From Bacillota bacterium (GTDB lineage: Bacteria > Bacillota > UBA4882 > UBA10575), in the NCBI GenBank assembly GCA_012735135.1, contig JAAYHY010000008.1:345-64344 (forward strand): DNA of 64,000 nucleotides. Reading direction: 5' to 3'. The notes beneath the pieces are model-generated. The model searched no databases, was not told where the DNA came from, and saw only the letters and a program-made list of their open reading frames with translations. The translations under genes and the position numbers were made by a program. The number at the start of each line of letters is the position of its first letter. The stretch's first letter is position 1. Positions 56,320 to 64,000 of the stretch are shown piece after piece.

Positions 56320-57186
56320 ATGCAATTCGGTGACAATTGGGAAAAGGGGCCGATTACGGTGTTACAACCTTTAGTCCAAAAAAGGGTCTTACTGGTGACG
56401 TTGGTCATTTGTTTTCTGGTGATTACCGGACTGATGTTCTACTCTTCCCAGGAACGGGAGGAGGAGATTTGGTTGGAAAAGGCCTTTAAGATTATTTTAT
56501 ACCCCTTCCAAAAGGGGATCTATTACTTGACCACTTTTGTGACCGATTCCTGGCAGACGGTGAATACCCTAGGCGCTCTCCACCGGGAAAACGATGAAAT
56601 GCGTAAGCGCATTTCCGAGTTGGTCACCGAACTGGCCCAGCTCGAGCAGTTAAAAGCAGAAAACGAACGTTTACGGGAGCTTTTACAGTTTAAAGTGGCG
56701 TCTAAATTGGAATTGATTCCGGTGGAAGTGATCGCCCGGAACCCGAATAATACCAGTGCCACGTTGACTATTGATAAGGGCAGTAACGCCGGTTTGACCC
56801 GGAACATGCCGGTCATTACCACCGAAGGGCTGGCCGGGCGCCTTCTTAGGGTGGAGCCTTTCTCTGCGGAAGTGATTCTGTTAACCGATCCCCGTCCCGG
56901 TAACAGTATGAGCGGGGTGATTGAGCGTACCCGGGAACTGGTTTATATCTATGGGGGCGGAAAAAAGGGAACCTGTTTAGTGAAACCGTCGGATCTAAGT
57001 GTCCGGTTGCAAACAGGAGACCGTATTTTGACCTCGGAGTCCAGTTTATACTTTCCGAAGAACCTGCTGATCGGGGAGATCGTGGAGGTGGAAGAGTCGG
57101 AAGACGGTTTTGAACAGCAGGCCTTCTTGAAACCGGCGGTCGACTTCAGCCGGATGGAATATTTATATGTGGTTCAGGAGAAGTGA
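56320..57186 (+). CDS. mreC: Rod shape-determining protein MreC
   Basis: TM segment, a coiled-coil (L..EN..L...L..L), and a beta-barrel domain (G.N.G......V.T..GL.G.V). The start is uncertain (ATG 56278, ATG 56320 or GTG 56358). Confidence 0.8.
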   Translation: MQFGDNWEKGPITVLQPLVQKRVLLVTLVICFLVITGLMFYSSQEREEEIWLEKAFKIILYPFQKGIYYLTTFVTDSWQTVNTLGALHRENDEMRKRISELVTELAQLEQLKAENERLRELLQFKVASKLELIPVEVIARNPNNTSATLTIDKGSNAGLTRNMPVITTEGLAGRLLRVEPFSAEVILLTDPRPGNSMSGVIERTRELVYIYGGGKKGTCLVKPSDLSVRLQTGDRILTSESSLYFPKNLLIGEIVEVEESEDGFEQQAFLKPAVDFSRMEYLYVVQEK

Positions 57187-57710
57187 GGAGGGAAAAGACC
57201 GTGGATGGTGGGAGATATTTACTTTTAGTTCTATTTCCGCTGGCCTTACAAACGGTGGTTTTTCCCCATCTCACTCTCTTTGGGGTCGTCCCCAATTTAA
57301 TTTTGTTGATTACTATTTGTTATGGTTTATTAAAAGGAATCCGGCCCGGGCTCTACCTGGGTATCCTGGGCGGCTTTTGTTTAGACTTGGCCAGTAGCGG
57401 TATTTTGGGGATCAACATTATTGCCCTGGGGGCGCTGGGGTATGGGGCCGGTTATCTGGAAAGAATGGTCTTCAAGGGCTACCTGCTGGTTCCCCTTTGT
57501 TTGGTTCAGATTGGGACAGTCCTGGCCGAACTCTTTTCTTGCTGTATTATGCTGGCTTTCGGTTGGCGGATTAATTTCCTTGCCTTTCTAGGGACGACTC
57601 TTTTACCGCTCTGCCTCTATCATTTGATTTTGACTGTACCAGTTTATTACGGGTTAAAGAAAGTCCTTACCTACCTGGGAGAACGGCAAAAGGTTGGTGC
57701 GTCACGTTGA
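57183..57710 (+). CDS. mreD: Rod shape-determining protein MreD
   Basis: A small polytopic membrane protein in the conserved mreC-mreD position. The alternative start GTG 57201 has better SD spacing. Confidence 0.75.
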   Translation: MRREKTVDGGRYLLLVLFPLALQTVVFPHLTLFGVVPNLILLITICYGLLKGIRPGLYLGILGGFCLDLASSGILGINIIALGALGYGAGYLERMVFKGYLLVPLCLVQIGTVLAELFSCCIMLAFGWRINFLAFLGTTLLPLCLYHLILTVPVYYGLKKVLTYLGERQKVGASR

Positions 57711-59587
57711 AAAACCGTACAATTAAAGGACTGGAGCGTAGTGTTAAAGTCCTTACCATTTTAGTGGTGCTCATTTTTTCCGTCCTCCTTTTCCGCCTTT
57801 GGTATTTACAGATTGTCCGGGGGGAAGAAATTTTTGCCAAATCCAGTCAAAACCGGACGCGGCCGATCTGGATCACGGCGCCCCGGGGTAATATTTTTGA
57901 CCGCAACGGCGAATTATTGGTAACCAGTCGTATTTCCCACGTGGTCTCTGTTGTTCCGGAAGATATTAAAGATAATCCTTATGTTGTTCAATTTTTAGGC
58001 CGGGTTTTGGGCCTTTCCGAAGAGGAGCTCTTTCAGCGGATGGAAGAGCGGGCGAAATACCAAAAAAATCAGTATGTGCCCTTGAAAAGGGATGTGGATG
58101 CTTCCACCATCGGACAGATCCTCGAAGCTAAACTGGATCTCCCCGGGGTCGTCGTGGAGGATTATCCCGTCCGTTCTTACCCGAAGGGAGAATGGGGAGC
58201 CCATCTTTTTGGTTATTTAGGGGAGATTAGCGAACAAGAGCTGGCACAGAGGAAAGGGTTAGGTTACCGCCTGGGGGATCTGGTCGGGAAGATGGGTTTG
58301 GAGAAAACCTTCGACTATGAACTCCGGGGGGAAGAGGCGGTCCGGATCTGGGAGGTCGACCGGGTGGGGCAACCGATCCGGGTTTTGGAAGAAAAGAAAT
58401 ATATTCCCGGGAATAATCTTCACCTTACGATTGATCTCCGTTTACAAGCCGTGGCGGAGCAAGCGCTCCGGGATCAGTTGGCCTGGGCGAAAACCCAGAC
58501 CAATCCCCAACTGAATAAAGCGAATGCCGGATCGGTGGTGGCGCTTGATCCACGAAATGGCGCTGTCCTGGCGATGGTCAGTTATCCGGAGTTTGATCCC
58601 AACTTGTTTGTGGGAAATATCACCAGCGCCGCCTTTAACGAGTTGATTAATAATCCGCTTAATCCTTTTTCCAACCGGGTGACCAGAGGACAGTTTATGC
58701 CCGGTTCCACCTTTAAACCCATTACGGTCTTGGCGGCTTTAGAAGAAGGTCTGGTCAAACCGGATGAAACCTTTACCTGTACGGGTGTGTTCCGGGTAGG
58801 CAACCGGCAACTAAGATGTAATCCAGCCCATGGCAAACAAACTGTGGTTGACGGCCTGAAGAATTCCTGCAATACGGTGATGGCGGAGTTGGCTTTACGG
58901 CTCGGGCCGGAGAAACTGGCCGCCTACGCCAAACTTTTGGGGCTGGGGGCCAAGACTGGTTTAAAACTGGAACCGGAAGATTTGGCTGGGCTTGTCGGCG
59001 ACCCTGAATGGAAGAAAAAAGCCCGGAATGAACCCTGGTATCCGATGGAAACTGCGCTGATTGCCATCGGACAAAGTTTTGTCAACGTGACGCCAATCCA
59101 GTTGGCCCAGGTCTATGCGGCTATTGCCAGTGGCGGCCAGGTCTACCAACCGCAATTAGTGTGGAAAATAACCAGCGCAACCGGGGAAACGGTGGCGGAA
59201 TTTTCGCCGAAAGCGGTCCGGAAAATAAACGTGAAGCCGGAAAACCTGGCGGTGGTCAGGGAGGGTTTAACCAAGGTGGTGCAGGAAGGAACCGCCCGTT
59301 ATGCATTTGCCGGTTTCCCCTTGGCCCGGATTCCGGTGGCGGGAAAGACCGGAACGGCGGAGAATGTCGGTAAAAACGATTATGCTTTTTTTGCCAGTTA
59401 CGCTCCAGCCGACAACCCTGAACTGGTTGTGGTGGTAGTGATCGAAGAGGGCGGATTCGGTTCCCAAGCGGCCGCCCCGGTCGCCCGGAAGATTTATGAG
59501 GCCTATTTCGGGCTTGAAAAATCAGCCGCGGGAGCGACTGGAGACAATCGGTTTGGAGGTCCTGACCAAGCAGCTCTGATGGAATAA
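57707..59587 (+). CDS. mrdA: Penicillin-binding protein 2 (class B elongation transpeptidase)
   Basis: N-terminal TM segment, a PBP dimer domain, and the transpeptidase motifs STFK, SCN and KTGT. Confidence 0.9.
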   Translation: MKNRTIKGLERSVKVLTILVVLIFSVLLFRLWYLQIVRGEEIFAKSSQNRTRPIWITAPRGNIFDRNGELLVTSRISHVVSVVPEDIKDNPYVVQFLGRVLGLSEEELFQRMEERAKYQKNQYVPLKRDVDASTIGQILEAKLDLPGVVVEDYPVRSYPKGEWGAHLFGYLGEISEQELAQRKGLGYRLGDLVGKMGLEKTFDYELRGEEAVRIWEVDRVGQPIRVLEEKKYIPGNNLHLTIDLRLQAVAEQALRDQLAWAKTQTNPQLNKANAGSVVALDPRNGAVLAMVSYPEFDPNLFVGNITSAAFNELINNPLNPFSNRVTRGQFMPGSTFKPITVLAALEEGLVKPDETFTCTGVFRVGNRQLRCNPAHGKQTVVDGLKNSCNTVMAELALRLGPEKLAAYAKLLGLGAKTGLKLEPEDLAGLVGDPEWKKKARNEPWYPMETALIAIGQSFVNVTPIQLAQVYAAIASGGQVYQPQLVWKITSATGETVAEFSPKAVRKINVKPENLAVVREGLTKVVQEGTARYAFAGFPLARIPVAGKTGTAENVGKNDYAFFASYAPADNPELVVVVVIEEGGFGSQAAAPVARKIYEAYFGLEKSAAGATGDNRFGGPDQAALME

Positions 59588-59661
59588 GTCACTGGCAGAC
59601 GGGAGGAATTTAAAAGGCCATGTGGAATAGAAAGATAAAATTATTTAAGGTGTGAGCAAGG

Positions 59662-60300
59662 ATGTTATTACCGGCGATCAATCCCCTGAACGCCGATGAA
59701 TTGGTCTTTAAGGGATTAAAACAAGGTTTAACCCTGTTTATACCGGAAAAAGGACCTTTTCAACACTGGTTGGCGGTGTTGGACCAGAGATTGGATGAGG
59801 CGAAAACTTTTTTTCAAGGCGGCGCTATTTTAGTTGAATTAGGCGAGCGGAAACTGGCCCCGGGTGAACTGGCCGGTTTAAGGAGGATCTTGGCCAAATA
59901 CCGGATGCGGATCAAAGATTTTAATCCACTTGGGAAGAAAAAGCTCAATCCCCGTCCCAAGGAACGGCCACTGCTTCCTTCCGGAGCCTTACTGGTGAAA
60001 GGAACGGTGCGGAGCGGCCAACGTTTGGAGAATGAGGGCGATATTGTAGTTAAAGGAGATTTAAATCCCGGTGGCGAGATTGTGGCCACGGGAGATATTA
60101 TTGTCTTGGGCGCCTTAAGAGGAGTCGCCCATGCCGGGGCCGGAGGAAACATGCAAGCGGAGATTATCGCCTTTACTTTGGCCCCGGTTCAACTGCGGAT
60201 CGCTCATATTTTCTCCCGAGCCCCGGAGGAAAGAAAAGGAAGACTGGGACCGGAAGTAGCCTATATTAAGGGAGAAAAGATTGTTGTCGAGCGATTATAG
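59662..60300 (+). CDS. minC: Septum site-determining protein MinC
   Basis: C-terminal beta-helix pattern (G.VRSGQ........VV.GD.NPG.E..A.G.I.V.G.LRG..HAG). It lies upstream of minD. Confidence 0.88.
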   Translation: MLLPAINPLNADELVFKGLKQGLTLFIPEKGPFQHWLAVLDQRLDEAKTFFQGGAILVELGERKLAPGELAGLRRILAKYRMRIKDFNPLGKKKLNPRPKERPLLPSGALLVKGTVRSGQRLENEGDIVVKGDLNPGGEIVATGDIIVLGALRGVAHAGAGGNMQAEIIAFTLAPVQLRIAHIFSRAPEERKGRLGPEVAYIKGEKIVVERL

Positions 60301-60321
60301 GAGATAAAGGAGGATTACTAC

Positions 60322-61122
60322 ATGGCTGGACGCGTAGTTGTTGTTACTTCCGGCAAAGGAGGAGTCGGGAAGACCACGACCGTAGCGAATCTTGGGACCG
60401 GGTTGGCTTTACGCCACAAAAAAGTGGTCATGATCGATGCCGATATTGGCCTGCGTAATCTGGACGTGGTGATGGGACTGGAGAACCGGATCATTTACGA
60501 CCTGGTGGATGTGGCGGAAAAAACTTGCCGTTCGATAAATAAAGCATTAATTAAAGATAAAAGACTGAGCAATCTTTTTCTGCTGCCGGCGGCGCAGACC
60601 CGGAATAAGGATGCGGTTACCCCTGAGCAGATGATCGAGATCGTTGAGGCGTTAAAAGATGAGTTTGATTATATTCTTATCGACTGCCCGGCCGGGATTG
60701 AACGGGGTTTTGACAACGCGGTGGCGGCCGCCACGGAAGCGATTGTGGTGACGACTCCCGAGGTCTCGGCGGTGCGGGATGCCGACCGGATTATCGGTTT
60801 GTTACAGGAGAAAGAGCTTTATGAGCCGACCCTGATTCTAAACCGTCTCCGCCCCGATATGGTGAGAAAGGGCGATATGATGGATGTGGATGATATCAAT
60901 GACATCTTGGCCATTAAACTCTTGGGGATAGTGCCCGATGATGAAGAGATTATTATCTCCACCAATAAAGGGGAACCGGCTGTCTTAAATAACCATTCGA
61001 AAGCAGGAGAAGCTTTCCGTAATATTGTCCGGCGGATAGAAGGGGAAGAGGTTCCTTTCATGTCGATGGGCGGTGAACCAGGACTCTTCGGCCGGTTTCT
61101 AAAGATGATGCATGGAAAATAA
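60322..61122 (+). CDS. minD: Septum site-determining ATPase MinD
   Basis: Deviant Walker A SGKGGVGKTT, DCPAG, and a C-terminal amphipathic helix. Confidence 0.96.
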   Translation: MAGRVVVVTSGKGGVGKTTTVANLGTGLALRHKKVVMIDADIGLRNLDVVMGLENRIIYDLVDVAEKTCRSINKALIKDKRLSNLFLLPAAQTRNKDAVTPEQMIEIVEALKDEFDYILIDCPAGIERGFDNAVAAATEAIVVTTPEVSAVRDADRIIGLLQEKELYEPTLILNRLRPDMVRKGDMMDVDDINDILAIKLLGIVPDDEEIIISTNKGEPAVLNNHSKAGEAFRNIVRRIEGEEVPFMSMGGEPGLFGRFLKMMHGK

Positions 61123-61173
61123 GGGGGATAATTGGCGAGCCAGGGAGGAAGCTAAGGGAAAGGAGCAAGAAGC

Positions 61174-61425
61174 ATGAAGATCTTTCGGGAAGAAACCCCG
61201 AGCAAGAAACAGGCAGTGGAAAGACTCCGTCTCATCCTCGTCCATGACCGGGCGAAGGTCTCCACCGGTCTTTTGGAGCTTCTACGAGGCGAGATCATCA
61301 ATGCCATCTCTAAATATGTGGAGATTGACGAAGAGGAGATCGACATAGAGTTGAACGCCAGTGAATCCAAGGCGGAACTAGTGGCCAATATTCCGGTGGT
61401 GAGGGTGCGTCGCGTTTTAGAGTAA
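61174..61425 (+). CDS. minE: Cell division topological specificity factor MinE
   Basis: 83 aa. A..RL..(I/V)L..DR pattern, directly downstream of minD. Confidence 0.9.
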   Translation: MKIFREETPSKKQAVERLRLILVHDRAKVSTGLLELLRGEIINAISKYVEIDEEEIDIELNASESKAELVANIPVVRVRRVLE

Positions 61426-61461
61426 GCGCCATCAACGGCGTGGGGAAAAGGTGACTTCAAG

Positions 61462-62604
61462 GTGTGGGATAAAAAGCTGTTCAAGAATATCGATTATTAC
61501 TTACTCATCTCCGTCCTGTTGTTGGTGGTTATTGGTCTGGTGATGATTTATAGTGCGACCAGAAACAATTATGCGCTGACCGGCGGAGACCCTTTTGCGT
61601 TAGTCAAAAAACAGGCGCTTGCCGTAGCCATGGGGATAGCCGGGATGATTCTGATTATGCTCAGCGATTACCGGTTTCCTGACCTCATTTTCCACATTCT
61701 CTATGGTTTAAATCTCCTCTTGTTACTCTTGGTCCTTTCGCCCTTGGGCATGGAGGTAAAAGGAGCCAAATCCTGGCTCAATCTGGGCGGGGCTTTTTCT
61801 TTGCAGCCTTCCGAGCTCGCCAAATTACTGGTGATTCTGACTTTGGCCAAGCATTTGGCGGATAAAGAAGAGATCGATTCCTTTTGGGACTTATGGTCGC
61901 CCTTTATCCACATTTTTTTCCCCTTGGTCTTGATCTTACTCCAGCCTGACCTAGGCACGACCTTGGTCTTTATGTTCTTCTTTTTTGTGATGCTGTATGT
62001 TGCCGGGTATAGCCGCCGCTTTTTACTGGGGGTTATTCTGGCCGGAATTTCAGCTTTGGTCTTGCTCTTCGTGAGCCATTATTACCTGGGGACGCCTTTA
62101 CCTTTTAAAGAGTACCAGATCCAAAGGATGACGATCTTTCTTAACCCCGACCGGGATCCCACCGGGAGCGGATGGAATGTGCGCCAGGCAATTATTGCGG
62201 TTGGTTCCGGCCGCTTTATGGGAAAAGGGCTTTTCCAGGGAACCCAGGGACGGTTGGGATTCTTACCGGAAAGCCATAATGATTTTATCTTTGCCATCCT
62301 CTGTGAAGAATTAGGCTTTCTCGGCGGTTTTTTGGTGCTTGCCTTATTCTTTATTATCATCTGGCGCTGCCTGGTGATTATGCAGCAAGCCAAGGATAAG
62401 GAGGGGGTTTTGATCACCGCCGGGATCACCGCCATGTTTCTTTTTCATATCATGGAAAATATCGGGATGAACATCGGGATTATGCCGATTACGGGGATTC
62501 CCTTGCCTTTTGTCAGTTATGGCGGGAGCGCGATGATCACCAACCTGCTGGCCATCGGTTTTATCGAGAACATTTGGTTGCGCCGGCAGAAACTGCTTTT
62601 TTAG
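61462..62604 (+). CDS. rodA: SEDS-family peptidoglycan polymerase RodA (FtsW/RodA/SpoVE)
   Basis: Ten-TM pattern, QPSE.AK, PE..(T/N)DFIF and PLPF.SYGGS motifs. Context is mreBCD-pbp2-minCDE. Confidence 0.9.
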   Translation: MWDKKLFKNIDYYLLISVLLLVVIGLVMIYSATRNNYALTGGDPFALVKKQALAVAMGIAGMILIMLSDYRFPDLIFHILYGLNLLLLLLVLSPLGMEVKGAKSWLNLGGAFSLQPSELAKLLVILTLAKHLADKEEIDSFWDLWSPFIHIFFPLVLILLQPDLGTTLVFMFFFFVMLYVAGYSRRFLLGVILAGISALVLLFVSHYYLGTPLPFKEYQIQRMTIFLNPDRDPTGSGWNVRQAIIAVGSGRFMGKGLFQGTQGRLGFLPESHNDFIFAILCEELGFLGGFLVLALFFIIIWRCLVIMQQAKDKEGVLITAGITAMFLFHIMENIGMNIGIMPITGIPLPFVSYGGSAMITNLLAIGFIENIWLRRQKLLF

Positions 62605-62715
62605 GGGTGGGTAACAAGTTGGGGCAGAATGGGAATGGGGTTTTCTTGCTCCAGTAAATATCTGTGAGTATTCTGAGACTCAGCTCCGTTGAATGCGGCC
62701 AGCCGCATAATGAAT

Positions 62716-62756
62716 TAAAAAAGCTCCGGTAACCTTAAGGTTACCGGAGCTTTTTT
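62716..62756. terminator. Bidirectional Rho-independent terminator between the convergent rodA and PBP1A genes
   Basis: AAAAAAGCTCCGGTAACC-TTAA-GGTTACCGGAGCTTTTTT: a perfect 12-bp GC-containing stem flanked by A6 and T6. Confidence 0.88.
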
Positions 62757-62789
62757 AATTGAATTGGCTGAGTGAGGACCCGTAGCTCC

Positions 62790-64000
62790 TCAATACCGTC
62801 GGCGGTTCCGTCCGGCATGCAAGTTACAGGGGAGGGTCGGTTCTTCCCCCGGCGCAAAGGACTGAGTTTCCACCGTTTCCAAAGGACAGAAGGGTGTCGC
62901 CAGTAAACCCGATTCGGTGCAAATATCAACAATGACCTCCTCCACCTGGGTCTCCCCGTGGAGGGGGCATTTTTCGGTCGGCATCGGACTACCGTCGGTG
63001 GTTTCCGTTCCAGTTACCGCCCAATAGGTTTTGGTGATTACCCGTTCCGGCGGACAGAAGTCGGTGGCGAGCGCCCCCGAGTCCAGGCAAACTTGAATGC
63101 TTATTTTACTGCCCAGATCGGGAGCGGAGTGGGTCGGACAGGGATCCACCGGTTCCGTGCCGGTAATAAAGACTTCCCGGATCGTCTCCGGGCAATAGGC
63201 GGAAGCCAGGTAACCGGTTTCCGCGCATACTTCAACGTTAGTGGAGACACCGGCGGGAACCGGAAAGTCGGTGATGGGTTTATTTGCTAAAACCTTTTTA
63301 GCAAATTTACCCCAAATTTCAGCGGCGTAACCACTGGTAATTTTGGTGCCGTTCACCACCAGGGGAATGGCCTGACTATCATTGCCGATCCAGACTCCGG
63401 CAATTAATTCGGGGGTATAACCAACAAACCAGGCGTTGGTGTCTTGGTCCGAGGTTCCGGTTTTGCCGGCGGCCGGCCGCCCGATCCGGGCCCGGAGACC
63501 TGTTCCATTCTCAATAACCCCCTTCATCATGTCGGTAACGACGTAAGCAACGGATTCCCGGATGACTACCCGACGTTCCGGAATGTTCTCCAAGAGGACC
63601 CGTCCCTGGCTGTCGGTGACTTTCAAAATCGCCATCGGTTCGGAGTAAATCCCTTTATTAGCGAGAGGGGTATAGGCGGCCGTCAATTCGAGGGGCGTTA
63701 CCCCTTTCGTTAAACCGCCAAGGGCTAAGGGAGAAAGAGCCATGTCATTTAATTCTCCGGTTGAGAGCAGGCTTTTCAGCCCCATGTTCTGAGCGGTTTT
63801 AAAAACGGTACTGACGCCTAACTGGTCGGTTAGGCGGACAGCGATGGTGTTTAAGGAAGATTCCAGCGCGCGGCGTAAACGGACGGGACCCTGGTAAGTC
63901 TTACTGAAGTTCCGGGGGATCCAGGGCTCGGCCTTATCACCATTGGGATATTCAACGGGCTCATCGATGAGGACCGTGGCTGGGGTAAACTTATGGCTGT
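62790..64000 (-). CDS. Class A penicillin-binding protein (PBP1A type), 3' portion; the gene continues beyond the window end
   Basis: The minus frame is open to nt 64000. It has a transpeptidase domain (KTGT(S/T), NAWF.GYTP) and a C-terminal tail with three C..(S/T)G.LA....CP modules. The track start at M 63785 is internal. Confidence 0.9.
   Translation of the reverse strand, partial: SHKFTPATVLIDEPVEYPNGDKAEPWIPRNFSKTYQGPVRLRRALESSLNTIAVRLTDQLGVSTVFKTAQNMGLKSLLSTGELNDMALSPLALGGLTKGVTPLELTAAYTPLANKGIYSEPMAILKVTDSQGRVLLENIPERRVVIRESVAYVVTDMMKGVIENGTGLRARIGRPAAGKTGTSDQDTNAWFVGYTPELIAGVWIGNDSQAIPLVVNGTKITSGYAAEIWGKFAKKVLANKPITDFPVPAGVSTNVEVCAETGYLASAYCPETIREVFITGTEPVDPCPTHSAPDLGSKISIQVCLDSGALATDFCPPERVITKTYWAVTGTETTDGSPMPTEKCPLHGETQVEEVIVDICTESGLLATPFCPLETVETQSFAPGEEPTLPCNLHAGRNRRRY

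Noticed and set aside
1-64000. A search by eye for CRISPR arrays, IS elements, transposases, integrases, prophage genes, toxin-antitoxin pairs, restriction-modification or other defence systems, and tRNA or rRNA genes.
   Set aside because: I saw no regularly spaced repeats, no transposase-, integrase- or phage-like ORFs, no cloverleaf-like GTTCGAATC T-loop contexts and no rRNA signatures. The window is core-genome-like apart from the GH43/esterase cluster.

Overview
This 64-kb window is a chromosomal, mostly housekeeping segment from an endospore-forming Firmicutes/Clostridia-like bacterium of about 50% GC. The taxonomic guess rests on a CotF coat protein, a T-box, a purine riboswitch, rnfCDGEAB, and two conserved gene strings: ylxM-ffh-rpsP-KH-rimM-trmD-rplS and maf-radC-mreBCD-pbp2-minCDE-rodA.

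Gene content, left to right:
- pdxS
- a small arabinoxylan-debranching cluster (two GH43 genes and two esterases)
- a frameshifted ycaQ-like gene
- a PHP phosphoesterase, cotF and an SDR
- argG-argH on the minus strand
- a LysM-M23 peptidase and putP
- a guanine riboswitch controlling an NCS2 purine permease
- an orphan B12-radical SAM gene, then a roughly 600-bp eroded gap
- tag
- an 860-aa secreted metalloprotease/beta-propeller/beta-rich protein
- cinA, a CofE-like gene and asd
- a Thr T-box controlling nudix-thrS
- two membrane/secreted proteins
- a livJHMGF-type ABC transporter
- a CBS-ACT protein and degV
- the SRP/ribosomal string, deoB-pdp, rnfCDGEAB and the cell-shape/division string
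- the 3' part of a class A PBP

I found no rRNA, tRNA, CRISPR array, IS element, prophage or recognisable defence system.

The most unusual signal is non-coding. A three-member family of patchily conserved elements, 82 to 139 nt long and hairpin-forming, sits in co-directional intergenic spacers just 5' of thrS, a CBS-ACT gene and mreB. One copy carries a clean 54-nt hairpin insertion. I cannot assign the family to any RNA class I know.

Secondary curiosities are a GAT-repeat insertion next to the RnfD flavinylation motif, a 43-bp-period direct repeat with a palindromic core upstream of the 860-aa gene, a stop-riddled reading frame downstream of the radical SAM gene, and Cys-pair repeats in the PBP1A tail.

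All calls come from reading the sequence and the ORF track. No database search was run.
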